64,000 nucleotides of DNA. Origin: an uncultured Bacteroidales bacterium. Its GTDB lineage: Bacteria > Bacteroidota > Bacteroidia > Bacteroidales > UBA1402. Numbering within the stretch: the stretch's first letter is position 1; the number at the start of each line of letters is the position of its first letter. The notes beneath the pieces were generated by a model that saw only the letters and a program-made list of their open reading frames with translations, ran no database searches and was not told the origin of the DNA. Of this stretch, positions 42,112 to 51,284 are shown in pieces. The DNA lies in assembly GCA_942493385.1 (NCBI GenBank), contig OW818699.1:1686808-1750807 (forward strand). The letters are read 5' to 3'. Made by a program: the position numbers and the translations under genes.

Positions 42112-44867
42112 AGAAATTAAGGTTGTTGATTCTATTTCTGAGTCTGTCCGCCGCCGTTATGGCTTCCGGTTTGACAGTGACTTCTGCCACCTGCGACTAC
42201 AGGGTTGATCCGCTGTTGGTTGCATCCGACCAACCCCGCTTCGGCTGGGAACTGGCTTCGGACGTGGAGGGTGCCAAACAAACTGCCTATCAACTCCTGG
42301 TGAGCAGCAGCACTGATGCGATCGGCGATTGCTGGAAAACCGGAAAGGTCGAATCCGATCAAAGTCAGTTCATCACTTACAATGGTGCAAGGCTCTATCC
42401 TGGAAAAACCTATTATTGGTCGGTTCAGGTTTGGGATCAACTAAATCAACCTTCCATCATCAAAACTGGAACTTTCACCTTGGCTCCATCCGTGGAGGAA
42501 TTGTCCGCGGCAAGGTGGATCGGAGCCATTACCAAGATTGACAGTCACTTGCCTGCGGGTAGAAAAGACTGGCACGGACCTTCACCCAAAAAAGAAAAGG
42601 TGCGCTATGCATGGAGCGCCATCAACCAACTCGCTTTGAAGAGCATTCAGGTTCGCAAAGCATGCACGCTTGAAAAAAAGGTTGCCCAAGCCCGAGTTTA
42701 CATCAGTGGCCTAGGCCATTACGAACTTACCATCAACGGAAAACGCATCGGTAAGAGTCAGTTCGATCCGCTCTGGAGTGATTACGACAAAACGGTCTAT
42801 TATTCTGCCTACGACGTTCAAGAAAACTTGCAAAAGGGTGAGAATGTGATCGGTGTGCTGCTTGGAAACGGTTTCTACAATGCCGTGGGCGACCGCTACA
42901 ACAAAATCTGGATCAGTTTCGGCCCGCCAACTCTGTTGCTTCGCATGGAAGTGACCTTCAAAGACGGCAGCACCAAGACCATTCTGACCGACGCGAGTTG
43001 GAAATACCACGAAAGCCCCATCACCTTCAACAACATTTACGGCGGCGAAAGTTACGATGCCAACCACGAACAGGCAGGTTGGAACAAGCCCGGTTTCGGC
43101 GATGCCAACTGGAAACCCGTCGTGGTTCAGGAAGCCCCTCTTGGCCAACTTCGTCCGCAAACGGCTCCTGCCATTGAGGAAATGAAATCGTACGACGTGA
43201 AATCCGTTAAAAACCTGGCACCTGGTTCCAACGTACTGAACATGGGTCAGAACCTGTCCGGTTATCCCGTCATCAAAGTGAAAGGCCCCAAAGGCTCCAA
43301 AATCAAGATCATACCTGGCGAACTCTTGGAAAACGACCGTGTCTCGCAAAAACGCAGCGGTGGTCCGTATTATTTTGAATACACCCTGAAGGGCGAAGGC
43401 GTGGAAACCTGGTCTCCCCGGTTCAGCTATTACGGCTATCAATATTTGCAGCTGGACAGCGCCGATTTGTACAAAAGTGAAAAAGGTAGCAAGCGCCCTG
43501 TCGTACTGGATGTCAAGTCCGAATTCGTCTACAATTCCACTCCTGAAACCGGTACGTTCAACTGCTCCAACGATTTGTTCAACCGCACGCATGAACTCAT
43601 TCAAAATGCCGTCAAGAGCAACTTTCAGGCTGTTTTCACCGACTGTCCCCACCGCGAAAAACTGGGTTGGTTGGAAGAAACCTATCTGAACGGACCAGGC
43701 TTGCTTTACAATTACGACCTGACCACCTTCATGCCCAAAATGGTGCAGGACATGCTGGATGCACAGAATCCCAATGGATTGGTTCCTTCCATCGCACCAG
43801 AATACGTCGAATTTGAAGGTGGTTTCATCGATTCTCCAGAGTGGGGCGTGGCCGCCGTCATCGTGCCATGGATGTATTATGAATCGTACGGTGATGCCAG
43901 CTTGATCCGTAAATCCTACGACATGATGAAATCCTACGTGGATTACCTCACGACGAAATCCGACAGCGGAATCGTCTCACACGGCTTGGGCGACTGGTAC
44001 GACTATGGCACCCACGCGGCCGGTTATGCAAAGAATTCCCCAATCAATGTTTCGGCAACCTCTCACTATTATTATGCCATCGATTATTTGGTGCGTTCGG
44101 CTCAATTGCTTGGCATTCAAAATGATGCATCTCAATATATGGCGCTTAAGAATTATGTGAAGGATGCTTACAACCGGAAGTTTTTTAACAAGGAGACCAA
44201 GCAATACGGTTCTGCCAGCCAGTTCTGCAACGCCGTTTCCCTTTACATGGGTCTGGTCGAACCAGAAAACAAGGAAGCTGTGCTGAACAACCTGCTGGAG
44301 GATATTAAGTTGCACGGAAATCGCCTGACAACGGGTGATATCGGCAATCGCTACCTTTTCCAGACCTTGGCTGTAAACGATAAGAACGAGGTGATGTACC
44401 GAATGACCAACCACTACGATGTCCCAGGTTACGGCTTCCAGCTCCAGTTCGGCGTCACCACTTTGACCGAGCAATGGGATCCCCGCCGCGGCTCCTCCTG
44501 GAACCATTTTATGATGGGTCAGATTGACGAGTGGTTCTACAAAACCCTGGCCGGCATCCAACCCGATCCAGCCCAACCCGGCTACAAGCATTTCCTGGTC
44601 AAACCTACACCGGTAGGAGATTTGACTTCCGTTTCTGCAACGCACAAAACCTTGTATGGAACCATTCGGGTTGATTGGAAAAAAACGGCCGAACAGTTCG
44701 AATTGGTGCTCGATGTGCCCGTCAACACCACAGCAACGGTGGTGATGCCGGGAAAAGGACGTATTAAGGATTGGAAGGGAAAAGGACAAGATCTTGGTAG
44801 TGGTCAGTTGGAATGCGAACCAGGACAACACCGTATTGTGTTCTTAAACATACCTAAGAACGAATAG
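42108..44867 (+). CDS. alpha-L-rhamnosidase, GH78
   Basis: 919 aa with ARWIGA, FDPLWSDYDKTVYY, TDCPHREKLGWLEE and a six-hairpin region, as in the bacterial rhamnosidase architecture. Confidence 0.8.
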   Translation: MKKLRLLILFLSLSAAVMASGLTVTSATCDYRVDPLLVASDQPRFGWELASDVEGAKQTAYQLLVSSSTDAIGDCWKTGKVESDQSQFITYNGARLYPGKTYYWSVQVWDQLNQPSIIKTGTFTLAPSVEELSAARWIGAITKIDSHLPAGRKDWHGPSPKKEKVRYAWSAINQLALKSIQVRKACTLEKKVAQARVYISGLGHYELTINGKRIGKSQFDPLWSDYDKTVYYSAYDVQENLQKGENVIGVLLGNGFYNAVGDRYNKIWISFGPPTLLLRMEVTFKDGSTKTILTDASWKYHESPITFNNIYGGESYDANHEQAGWNKPGFGDANWKPVVVQEAPLGQLRPQTAPAIEEMKSYDVKSVKNLAPGSNVLNMGQNLSGYPVIKVKGPKGSKIKIIPGELLENDRVSQKRSGGPYYFEYTLKGEGVETWSPRFSYYGYQYLQLDSADLYKSEKGSKRPVVLDVKSEFVYNSTPETGTFNCSNDLFNRTHELIQNAVKSNFQAVFTDCPHREKLGWLEETYLNGPGLLYNYDLTTFMPKMVQDMLDAQNPNGLVPSIAPEYVEFEGGFIDSPEWGVAAVIVPWMYYESYGDASLIRKSYDMMKSYVDYLTTKSDSGIVSHGLGDWYDYGTHAAGYAKNSPINVSATSHYYYAIDYLVRSAQLLGIQNDASQYMALKNYVKDAYNRKFFNKETKQYGSASQFCNAVSLYMGLVEPENKEAVLNNLLEDIKLHGNRLTTGDIGNRYLFQTLAVNDKNEVMYRMTNHYDVPGYGFQLQFGVTTLTEQWDPRRGSSWNHFMMGQIDEWFYKTLAGIQPDPAQPGYKHFLVKPTPVGDLTSVSATHKTLYGTIRVDWKKTAEQFELVLDVPVNTTATVVMPGKGRIKDWKGKGQDLGSGQLECEPGQHRIVFLNIPKNE

Positions 44868-44884
44868 CTTATTGACGGATTTAG

Positions 44885-44892
44885 TATCTTTG
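44885..44892 (+). promoter_or_regulatory. -7 box TATCTTTG upstream of the first SusC gene
   Basis: Matches TAnnTTTG, 93 nt upstream of the ATG at 44985. Confidence 0.35.
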
Positions 44893-44900
44893 TCAGTAAT

Positions 44901-44918
44901 CAGGACAGAGCAGGACAG
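44901..44918 (+). repeat. Direct repeat CAGGACAG-AG-CAGGACAG (10-bp period)
   Basis: Read directly. It begins 8 nt after the -7 box. Confidence 0.8.
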
Positions 44919-44984
44919 TTCAAAAAATACACGATGTTGATTCGAGAATAATCGATTGATAACATGAATTTGATTCTAACTTAA

Positions 44985-47900
44985 ATGAAAAACACCAAAT
45001 CGGAAGAATTGAAAAGAATTGTGCTTCTTTTCGCAATGTGCATGCTGAGTTTCAGCGTTATGGCTCAGCAAAGTCGTTCCGTTTCGGGAACGGTGAAAGA
45101 TGCTGGCGGAGAGCCTTTAATCGGCGCTTCGGTCACTGTAAAGGGCATTTCCACAAGTGTGATTACCAACGTCAACGGTGCATTTACAACCACTGTCCCA
45201 CAAGGGAAAAACGTCCTTGTCGTGTCGTATCTCGGTTATGCTTCGCAGGAAGTTGACATTGCGGGTAAAGCCGCTGTTTCGGTTATCCTTAAGGAAGACA
45301 ACAACCAGCTCGAAGATGTCGTTGTCGTTGGATACGGTGTGCAGAGAAAGAAAGATTTGACTGGAGCCGTTGCCACCATTAAGGCGGGACAAATTATGGC
45401 CATGCCTGTTGTTCAGGCTGCCGAAGCCTTGCAAGGACGTGTTGCCGGATTGGATGTGACCCGTGGAAATGGCGACGCAGGCGAAGGTGTTACCATTCGT
45501 TTGCGCGGAAACCGTTCTGTTTCAACGGATAAAAACGAGTTGGCAAATTACAACCAACCGCTGACTATTGTGGATGGCATGCAAGGCGTTTCGCTGGATG
45601 ATATTACGCCTTCCGATATTCTTACCATCGACGTATTGAAAGATGCCGCTTCCACTGCAATTTACGGCGCACGTGGTGCAAACGGCGTCATTATCGTAAC
45701 TACCAAATCGGGTCAAGCTGGTCAAGCACGGTTGAGCTTTAATTCATATGGTGGTGTTTCCGATGTGGCAAGTTACGGCAGATACATGAATACCCAAGAA
45801 TATGTAGCCTATCAGATAGAACGAAACAGAGGGTTGACGGCCAATGCCTCCAATGCCTGGCTTGGAGTGACTAAAACGGCTGAAGAGATTTTTTCGCCCG
45901 ACCAATTGGCAAAAATAAATGCGGGAAACGACACGTATTTTCCAGGTGTTGTTTTGCAATCGGGTATCCAGCAAGAATACAATTTTAACCTAAGCGCAGG
46001 AAACGAAAACACCAAAGTGTATCTTTCGGGAAGCATTTACGACGAAGAGGGCATACTCAAACGCGACCATTTCCGCCGTTACACAGGCAGAATGAATATC
46101 GAACAGAAAGTATTCAACTGGTTGGATATGGGAATGCGCATGCAAATGGCTTACAGCAACAATGACAAGAGGCAAGACCCGATGAATGTAGCCCGCCGCA
46201 TTCCGCCCTTTGAAACGCTGTACGACGAGAATGGAAATTTGATTCTAAATCCTGCCAACATCAGTAGCGGTGCCAATCCACTGCTTGACGAAGACCCAGC
46301 CAACTGGCAAAACACGATTTACGGAACACGTTTTTCTGGTGCGGCCTATGTGTACATTAAACCATTCAAGGGATTATCGCTGCGATCAAATCTGGGTATT
46401 TCGGCAGACAACACCATTAATGGCCTGTATTACAGCGCCAATTCGGTGAAGGCCATTACCAGCAGCGATCACAAAAACGGCGGAACTCAAAAAACACAAA
46501 GCGACTACCGCCGTTACCAATGGGAAAATATTCTGACTTACAATAAGACCTTTGCCGATATTCACAACCTGACCCTTACAGGGATTCAGTCGCTTGAACA
46601 TTCCATCAGCACAGGCATGACTTTCGCCAATGCCAATCCACCCAGATACCCTACCATGCTTTGGCATGAAACGTTGACAAACACTACCGGTTTGACAGGA
46701 GCCTATATCGACCGCGAATACGTTTCGCTGGCAGGACGTGTCAATTATATTTTGCTGAGTAAATACATTTTCAACGCCTCGATGCGCTACGACGCTTCGT
46801 CGAAAGTAAACGGAAACTGGGCAAGTTTCCCTTCTGCAGGGGCTGCATGGCGTGTTAGTGACGAAAGTTTTGTCAAAGACGTTTCAGTCATGGATTTTCT
46901 AAGTAACCTGAAACTAAGAGGAAGTTGGGGGGTCTCCGGTAACGACAATACGGACGACTATATTTCGCAAACCGCTCTTGCCGAAATCAGCAATTTTACA
47001 TGGAACGGAACATCAATTGCCTCGGCTTACCGTTTGGGCGATATGCTGGGGAACAAAGACTTAACATGGGAACGCACGGCTACGTACGACTTGGGAGTGG
47101 ATTTGGGATTATTCAAAAATCGCGTAAACATCACTTTCGACTTATATAATTCAACAACGACCAATCTACTCGCTATAATGCAAGTTCCATCCATTGCAGG
47201 TGCCACCCAAACCTATAAAAACTTTGGAGAAGTAAGCAACAAGGGTTACGAAATTCTGCTCGAAACCTACAACCTGAAAAGCAAAAACTTCCAGTGGAAC
47301 ACTACCGTTACTTTTGCCCAAAACAAGGAAGAAATCGTTTCGTTGCCTGGGGGCAAGAGCATTGCGGACGGGCAGCTTTATTCACGGGATGTACTTATCA
47401 TCGGTTCTCCGGTAGAAGTGCTCTACGGTTATAAGATTGATGGAGTATGGAACATTGACGAAGCCAGCGAAGCGGCTCTGTATGGAGCGGTTCCTGGCGA
47501 TGTGAAATTTCACGATGTGCCCGATGAGAACGGCGTGATTGACCATGCATTGAACCCAAATTCCGACCGTATGGTAATTGGCAAAGTTGCGCCCGACTTT
47601 TACGGCAGCATCAGCAATGATTTTTACTATAAAGGTTTTGACCTGACGATTTTTGCCACTTTCCGTGAAAATTTTTGGTACGCTTCCGACTTTGTAAATA
47701 AATACGAACCGAACAGCGAAAAGAACAACGGACCGCTTATGAATTACTGGACGCCCGAGAACCCTACTGGAACATTTCCGCGCCCGGGCACCACTTGGAG
47801 TAAAAATCAACCTGAAAAAGCGCACTCTTTGACGTTTGTGAACAATTCATATCTGAAAATCAAGAACATTACATTGGGTTATACGTTGCCCGTAAAGCTG

Positions 47901-48074
47901 TCACAAAAAATCGCCATCAATAAATTGCGCTTGTGGGCCTCGGCTAAAAATATGTTTATCTGGCAAAAAGACCCAGCAGGATTCGACCCGGAAAACGTAA
48001 ACAATCTCGGAGAACTGATGACCGACCATCCACTCAACAAATTGGTCACTTTTGGATTGAATGTAGAATTTTAA
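44985..48074 (+). CDS. SusC/RagA-family TonB-dependent outer-membrane transporter
   Basis: The N-terminus has a signal peptide and a CarboxypepD_reg-like domain (VSGTVKDAGGEPLIGASVTVKG), followed by a plug and barrel. The protein ends in F. The next gene is SusD-like. Confidence 0.9.
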   Translation: MKNTKSEELKRIVLLFAMCMLSFSVMAQQSRSVSGTVKDAGGEPLIGASVTVKGISTSVITNVNGAFTTTVPQGKNVLVVSYLGYASQEVDIAGKAAVSVILKEDNNQLEDVVVVGYGVQRKKDLTGAVATIKAGQIMAMPVVQAAEALQGRVAGLDVTRGNGDAGEGVTIRLRGNRSVSTDKNELANYNQPLTIVDGMQGVSLDDITPSDILTIDVLKDAASTAIYGARGANGVIIVTTKSGQAGQARLSFNSYGGVSDVASYGRYMNTQEYVAYQIERNRGLTANASNAWLGVTKTAEEIFSPDQLAKINAGNDTYFPGVVLQSGIQQEYNFNLSAGNENTKVYLSGSIYDEEGILKRDHFRRYTGRMNIEQKVFNWLDMGMRMQMAYSNNDKRQDPMNVARRIPPFETLYDENGNLILNPANISSGANPLLDEDPANWQNTIYGTRFSGAAYVYIKPFKGLSLRSNLGISADNTINGLYYSANSVKAITSSDHKNGGTQKTQSDYRRYQWENILTYNKTFADIHNLTLTGIQSLEHSISTGMTFANANPPRYPTMLWHETLTNTTGLTGAYIDREYVSLAGRVNYILLSKYIFNASMRYDASSKVNGNWASFPSAGAAWRVSDESFVKDVSVMDFLSNLKLRGSWGVSGNDNTDDYISQTALAEISNFTWNGTSIASAYRLGDMLGNKDLTWERTATYDLGVDLGLFKNRVNITFDLYNSTTTNLLAIMQVPSIAGATQTYKNFGEVSNKGYEILLETYNLKSKNFQWNTTVTFAQNKEEIVSLPGGKSIADGQLYSRDVLIIGSPVEVLYGYKIDGVWNIDEASEAALYGAVPGDVKFHDVPDENGVIDHALNPNSDRMVIGKVAPDFYGSISNDFYYKGFDLTIFATFRENFWYASDFVNKYEPNSEKNNGPLMNYWTPENPTGTFPRPGTTWSKNQPEKAHSLTFVNNSYLKIKNITLGYTLPVKLSQKIAINKLRLWASAKNMFIWQKDPAGFDPENVNNLGELMTDHPLNKLVTFGLNVEF

Positions 48075-48088
48075 AGGGAAATAATCGT

Positions 48089-49816
48089 ATGAAAAGTTTA
48101 AAAACAACGATACTTATTTGCGGAATTGCATCGATGCTCGTTTTTTCCGCCTGCGAAGATTTTCTTTCGCCTTTCAATCCGAAAGGAGTCACCGAAGAAA
48201 TGCTTTACGCCACCGAAGACGGTTTTGAAGCGGGCGTAAATGCGTCCTATTCCTATCTTCGCCGACTTTGGGGATTGAAACAGGGGCAATACTGGATGGA
48301 ATTTGGCACCGACCTTTGGACAAACGGCGGTGTTACAGATAACAGCACCGACCTAGGCCTGTTAAGTTATCAGAACCTTACCGGAGGTGATGAATGGCTC
48401 AGCAATCTTTGGAGGCAAAGCTACTATGCCATTAATCAATGCAATACCATGCTCGCTTATGTGCAAAACGCCAAGCCGCAAGTACGCAAAGCCCGCGAAG
48501 CTGAATTGCGCGTGCTGCGTTCGTATTTTTGGTGGGTGCTTACAGAGCAATTCGGCGACATCCATTTTATGACAAGAGCCAACGCCGGAGGCGAAATCAA
48601 AGGCCTGAAAACGACTCCTGACAACGTGTATGAACAAATCTTCTTGGATCTGGAATTTGCCGTGACAGAAAACAATTTGCCTAACACCTCTCCCGATCTG
48701 GGACGTATTACAAAACCAGTTGCCGAAGCGTTGTTGGCGCGTATCTGTCTGACACGCGGCCGTAACGCCGAAGCCATTACGTATGCCAAAAACGTCATCG
48801 ATAATTACAGTTATGAACTCGAAACGCCGGTCAATCTGTGGGATGCGACGAAGCAGCGCATTAACAAGGAGGCCGTATGGACACTTTTCCGGTACACGAA
48901 CAATCAAATGAATGGTGGTGTGGAATTTCCCTCTGCGATGTTTGTGCCGCAATACACGATATTAGCAACCACTGTTGCTAAGTGCGGTTTTATGCAAGGA
49001 AACTACAACGACATCGATGGACGAATGCAAGGAGGGCTCATCATGCCCACGTATCGTTTACTCGATTTGTACGACCAAACAAGTGATGCGCGTTTTGCCG
49101 CTACCTTTAAAAATGTTTGGAGAGCAAACAACAATTCTACAGTTGCACTCATAAAAAATGCGGCTTATCCAAAGTGGACAGCCGAAGAAGCCACTGCCTA
49201 CGGCGTACCCTCACTTAGCGGACAATACCGTTTTAATATGGGCGATACGTCATTGGTGCTGGTTTTCAACAATCCATCGGCAAAACGATTCCCCTATGTT
49301 CGTTATACGGTACTTGACGAAGCCTTTTTGTACGATACGCTAACCAAAGCCCCGAGAGAACGCCGAGTTTATTTTCAGTTTCGAAAATATGTTGAACCCA
49401 CACAAACTTCAAACAGCACCGGAAGCCGCGATTATTTTATGATTCGTTTGGCGGAAATGTATCTGATTATTGCTGAAGCCGATTTCAAACTCAACGGCTC
49501 AAACTGTACCGATGGCATTCAGGCATTGAATGAACTTCGCGCTAAACGTGCGTTGCCGACAGCCAATGCTTCGTTTACCAATGTGGCCTCCATTCCGGAC
49601 ATCAACTTTATTTTGGACGAACGTGCCCGTGAACTCTGTGGCGAGCAACTCCGCTGGTTTGACCTGAAGCGTACAGGAAAATTGGTGGAATACGTACGGG
49701 CTTACAATCCAGACGCCAGTATCGAAGATTTCCACGTTTTGCGTCCCTATCCAACAGCGCAGATCGAGCAAATGTCGAATCCGGAAGATTTTGTACAAGT
49801 AGGCTACAACCCTTAA
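48089..49816 (+). CDS. SusD/RagB-family lipoprotein
   Basis: Lipobox LVFSAC. Has the TPR-like helical pattern, and the position after SusC fits. Confidence 0.85.
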   Translation: MKSLKTTILICGIASMLVFSACEDFLSPFNPKGVTEEMLYATEDGFEAGVNASYSYLRRLWGLKQGQYWMEFGTDLWTNGGVTDNSTDLGLLSYQNLTGGDEWLSNLWRQSYYAINQCNTMLAYVQNAKPQVRKAREAELRVLRSYFWWVLTEQFGDIHFMTRANAGGEIKGLKTTPDNVYEQIFLDLEFAVTENNLPNTSPDLGRITKPVAEALLARICLTRGRNAEAITYAKNVIDNYSYELETPVNLWDATKQRINKEAVWTLFRYTNNQMNGGVEFPSAMFVPQYTILATTVAKCGFMQGNYNDIDGRMQGGLIMPTYRLLDLYDQTSDARFAATFKNVWRANNNSTVALIKNAAYPKWTAEEATAYGVPSLSGQYRFNMGDTSLVLVFNNPSAKRFPYVRYTVLDEAFLYDTLTKAPRERRVYFQFRKYVEPTQTSNSTGSRDYFMIRLAEMYLIIAEADFKLNGSNCTDGIQALNELRAKRALPTANASFTNVASIPDINFILDERARELCGEQLRWFDLKRTGKLVEYVRAYNPDASIEDFHVLRPYPTAQIEQMSNPEDFVQVGYNP

Positions 49817-49869
49817 TAAACATGTTCTTAAACATCTTTAAACAACGCATCGCACACAAAAAAAATTCC

Positions 49870-49877
49870 TATTTTTG
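49870..49877 (+). promoter_or_regulatory. -7 box TATTTTTG inside the PUL
   Basis: Matches TAnnTTTG, 83 nt upstream of the ATG at 49960. Confidence 0.3.
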
Positions 49878-49884
49878 TATTGAT

Positions 49885-49906
49885 AGTACAGTACAGCACA
49901 GCACAG
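49885..49906 (+). repeat. Pentamer repeats AGTAC AGTAC AGCAC AGCAC AG (ACAG every 5 bp)
   Basis: Read directly. It begins 7 nt after the -7 box. Confidence 0.8.
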
Positions 49907-49959
49907 AAGTTTCAATCAATTTAACTAGTATATGTTTAACCTTTAATACAATAACCATT

Positions 49960-51183
49960 ATGAAAAAAATCTCTACTCTTTGCTTTATGGTTGCAGGTAC
50001 ACTGTTTGTCAGTGCACAAACAATTCCTCATTCTGGACCCACTCGGAGTCTTGGCGAAGTATCAACCGACTCGCTCGGTTATTACCATGCACCCAAAACA
50101 GGCTGGTCTATTGCTCCCACCACCGATTTCCCGTTGGTCATGGATGTATCGTTTGACAGTTGGACACTAAACCACGACAAGGCAAACTCTAGCAATGCAA
50201 CCAAAGGACGTGCACTTGCCGCTACTTATGCTGATTGGAATCAAACAGTCAATATGACAGGACCTTTGACAGGACAAACGGCTCAAATCAGTATTGTTAA
50301 ATGTGCCGTGGCTCCACTAGGGCTTTCACAAAACAAAATTGAATTTACCAAACCAGCAAGTGATATTTTCTTGGGAAGTAACACGAACTACGACAATGGA
50401 CAAATTCCTGATCCCGAAGATGCCACCCCTCTATCGGTAGGTTTCCTTGAAGTAAGTCGCTGCAACAGCAATGGAACAGGCGCCAACCTTTCGATTGCAG
50501 GTGCAAAACATGGTACGGTCATAACCCCTGGCATAAAAGGCGCTTTGGTTGTGCAATATTCCTTTTCAAGTATCGGCGGTTCCAAGCGCGCTTTGAAGCT
50601 TGAACGCTCTGTAAATGGTGGCGCTACCTGGCAAATTGTCCGTAATCCTATGAAGACTACGGTTCAATGGAACCAAAGAGACTCTTCTGCCGCCGATGTG
50701 ACTTATCCAAGTGGCGCTACGGATGTACCAACCATTGATAAACCCTTCAAAAGCGCTTATTACTGTTCGGGCGCAGGTGTGCGTATGGAAGATTTTATTG
50801 GCAACGGCGAGGAAACCGTTATGCTTCGCTTTACCATAAACGACTGCTGGAAAGACGATGCTGCCCGCGATACGACAACTTCAACAGGTCATGCAACAGG
50901 TCATGCGGAAACACAAGACTATCGACTGCACAATATTAAGATCATTGCTACAGCCAATGCACAATTGGCAGGTGTCAATAACGCCAAAGTTTCCACAACT
51001 AACGTACTAGGTGGCCTTGGAAAGGTGGAATTGCGTGGAGCTATTTCCGAAGGCAGCATCTACAATGGAATCGGGCAGAAGGTGGCTGATTTTTCAGCAG
51101 GAAATCAAACGATCAAACTCAGCTCTGGCATTTATATGGTTGTTGAGCGCAATCAACCGGTAGTTAAAGTAATAGTTAGATAA
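49960..51183 (+). CDS. Secreted protein of unknown function with T9SS C-terminal sorting domain (SGBP position in PUL)
   Basis: Start at the ATG at 49960 (MKKISTLCFMVAGTLFVSAQ). The C-terminus ...IKLSSGIYMVVERNQPVVKVIVR is T9SS-CTD-like. Confidence 0.55.
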   Translation: MKKISTLCFMVAGTLFVSAQTIPHSGPTRSLGEVSTDSLGYYHAPKTGWSIAPTTDFPLVMDVSFDSWTLNHDKANSSNATKGRALAATYADWNQTVNMTGPLTGQTAQISIVKCAVAPLGLSQNKIEFTKPASDIFLGSNTNYDNGQIPDPEDATPLSVGFLEVSRCNSNGTGANLSIAGAKHGTVITPGIKGALVVQYSFSSIGGSKRALKLERSVNGGATWQIVRNPMKTTVQWNQRDSSAADVTYPSGATDVPTIDKPFKSAYYCSGAGVRMEDFIGNGEETVMLRFTINDCWKDDAARDTTTSTGHATGHAETQDYRLHNIKIIATANAQLAGVNNAKVSTTNVLGGLGKVELRGAISEGSIYNGIGQKVADFSAGNQTIKLSSGIYMVVERNQPVVKVIVR

Positions 51184-51198
51184 TTAAGATGTCTAATG

Positions 51199-51239
51199 AG
51201 GGCACCAACTCAGCGTTCGCACGTTGAACTTGGTGCCCT
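51199..51239 (+). other. Intergenic stem-loop (10-bp perfect stem AGGGCACCAA/TTGGTGCCCT, 21-nt loop)
   Basis: Read directly. No T-run follows, so it is not a canonical terminator. Confidence 0.4.
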
Positions 51240-51284
51240 TCAGAAACAGATGTTACACCCTTACATTTTTTAAATATTATCACC

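Noticed and set aside
51199-51239. The 10-bp-stem hairpin after the CTD-protein gene as an intrinsic terminator.
   Set aside because: It has no downstream T-run and a large 21-nt loop. It is kept only as an unexplained stem-loop feature.
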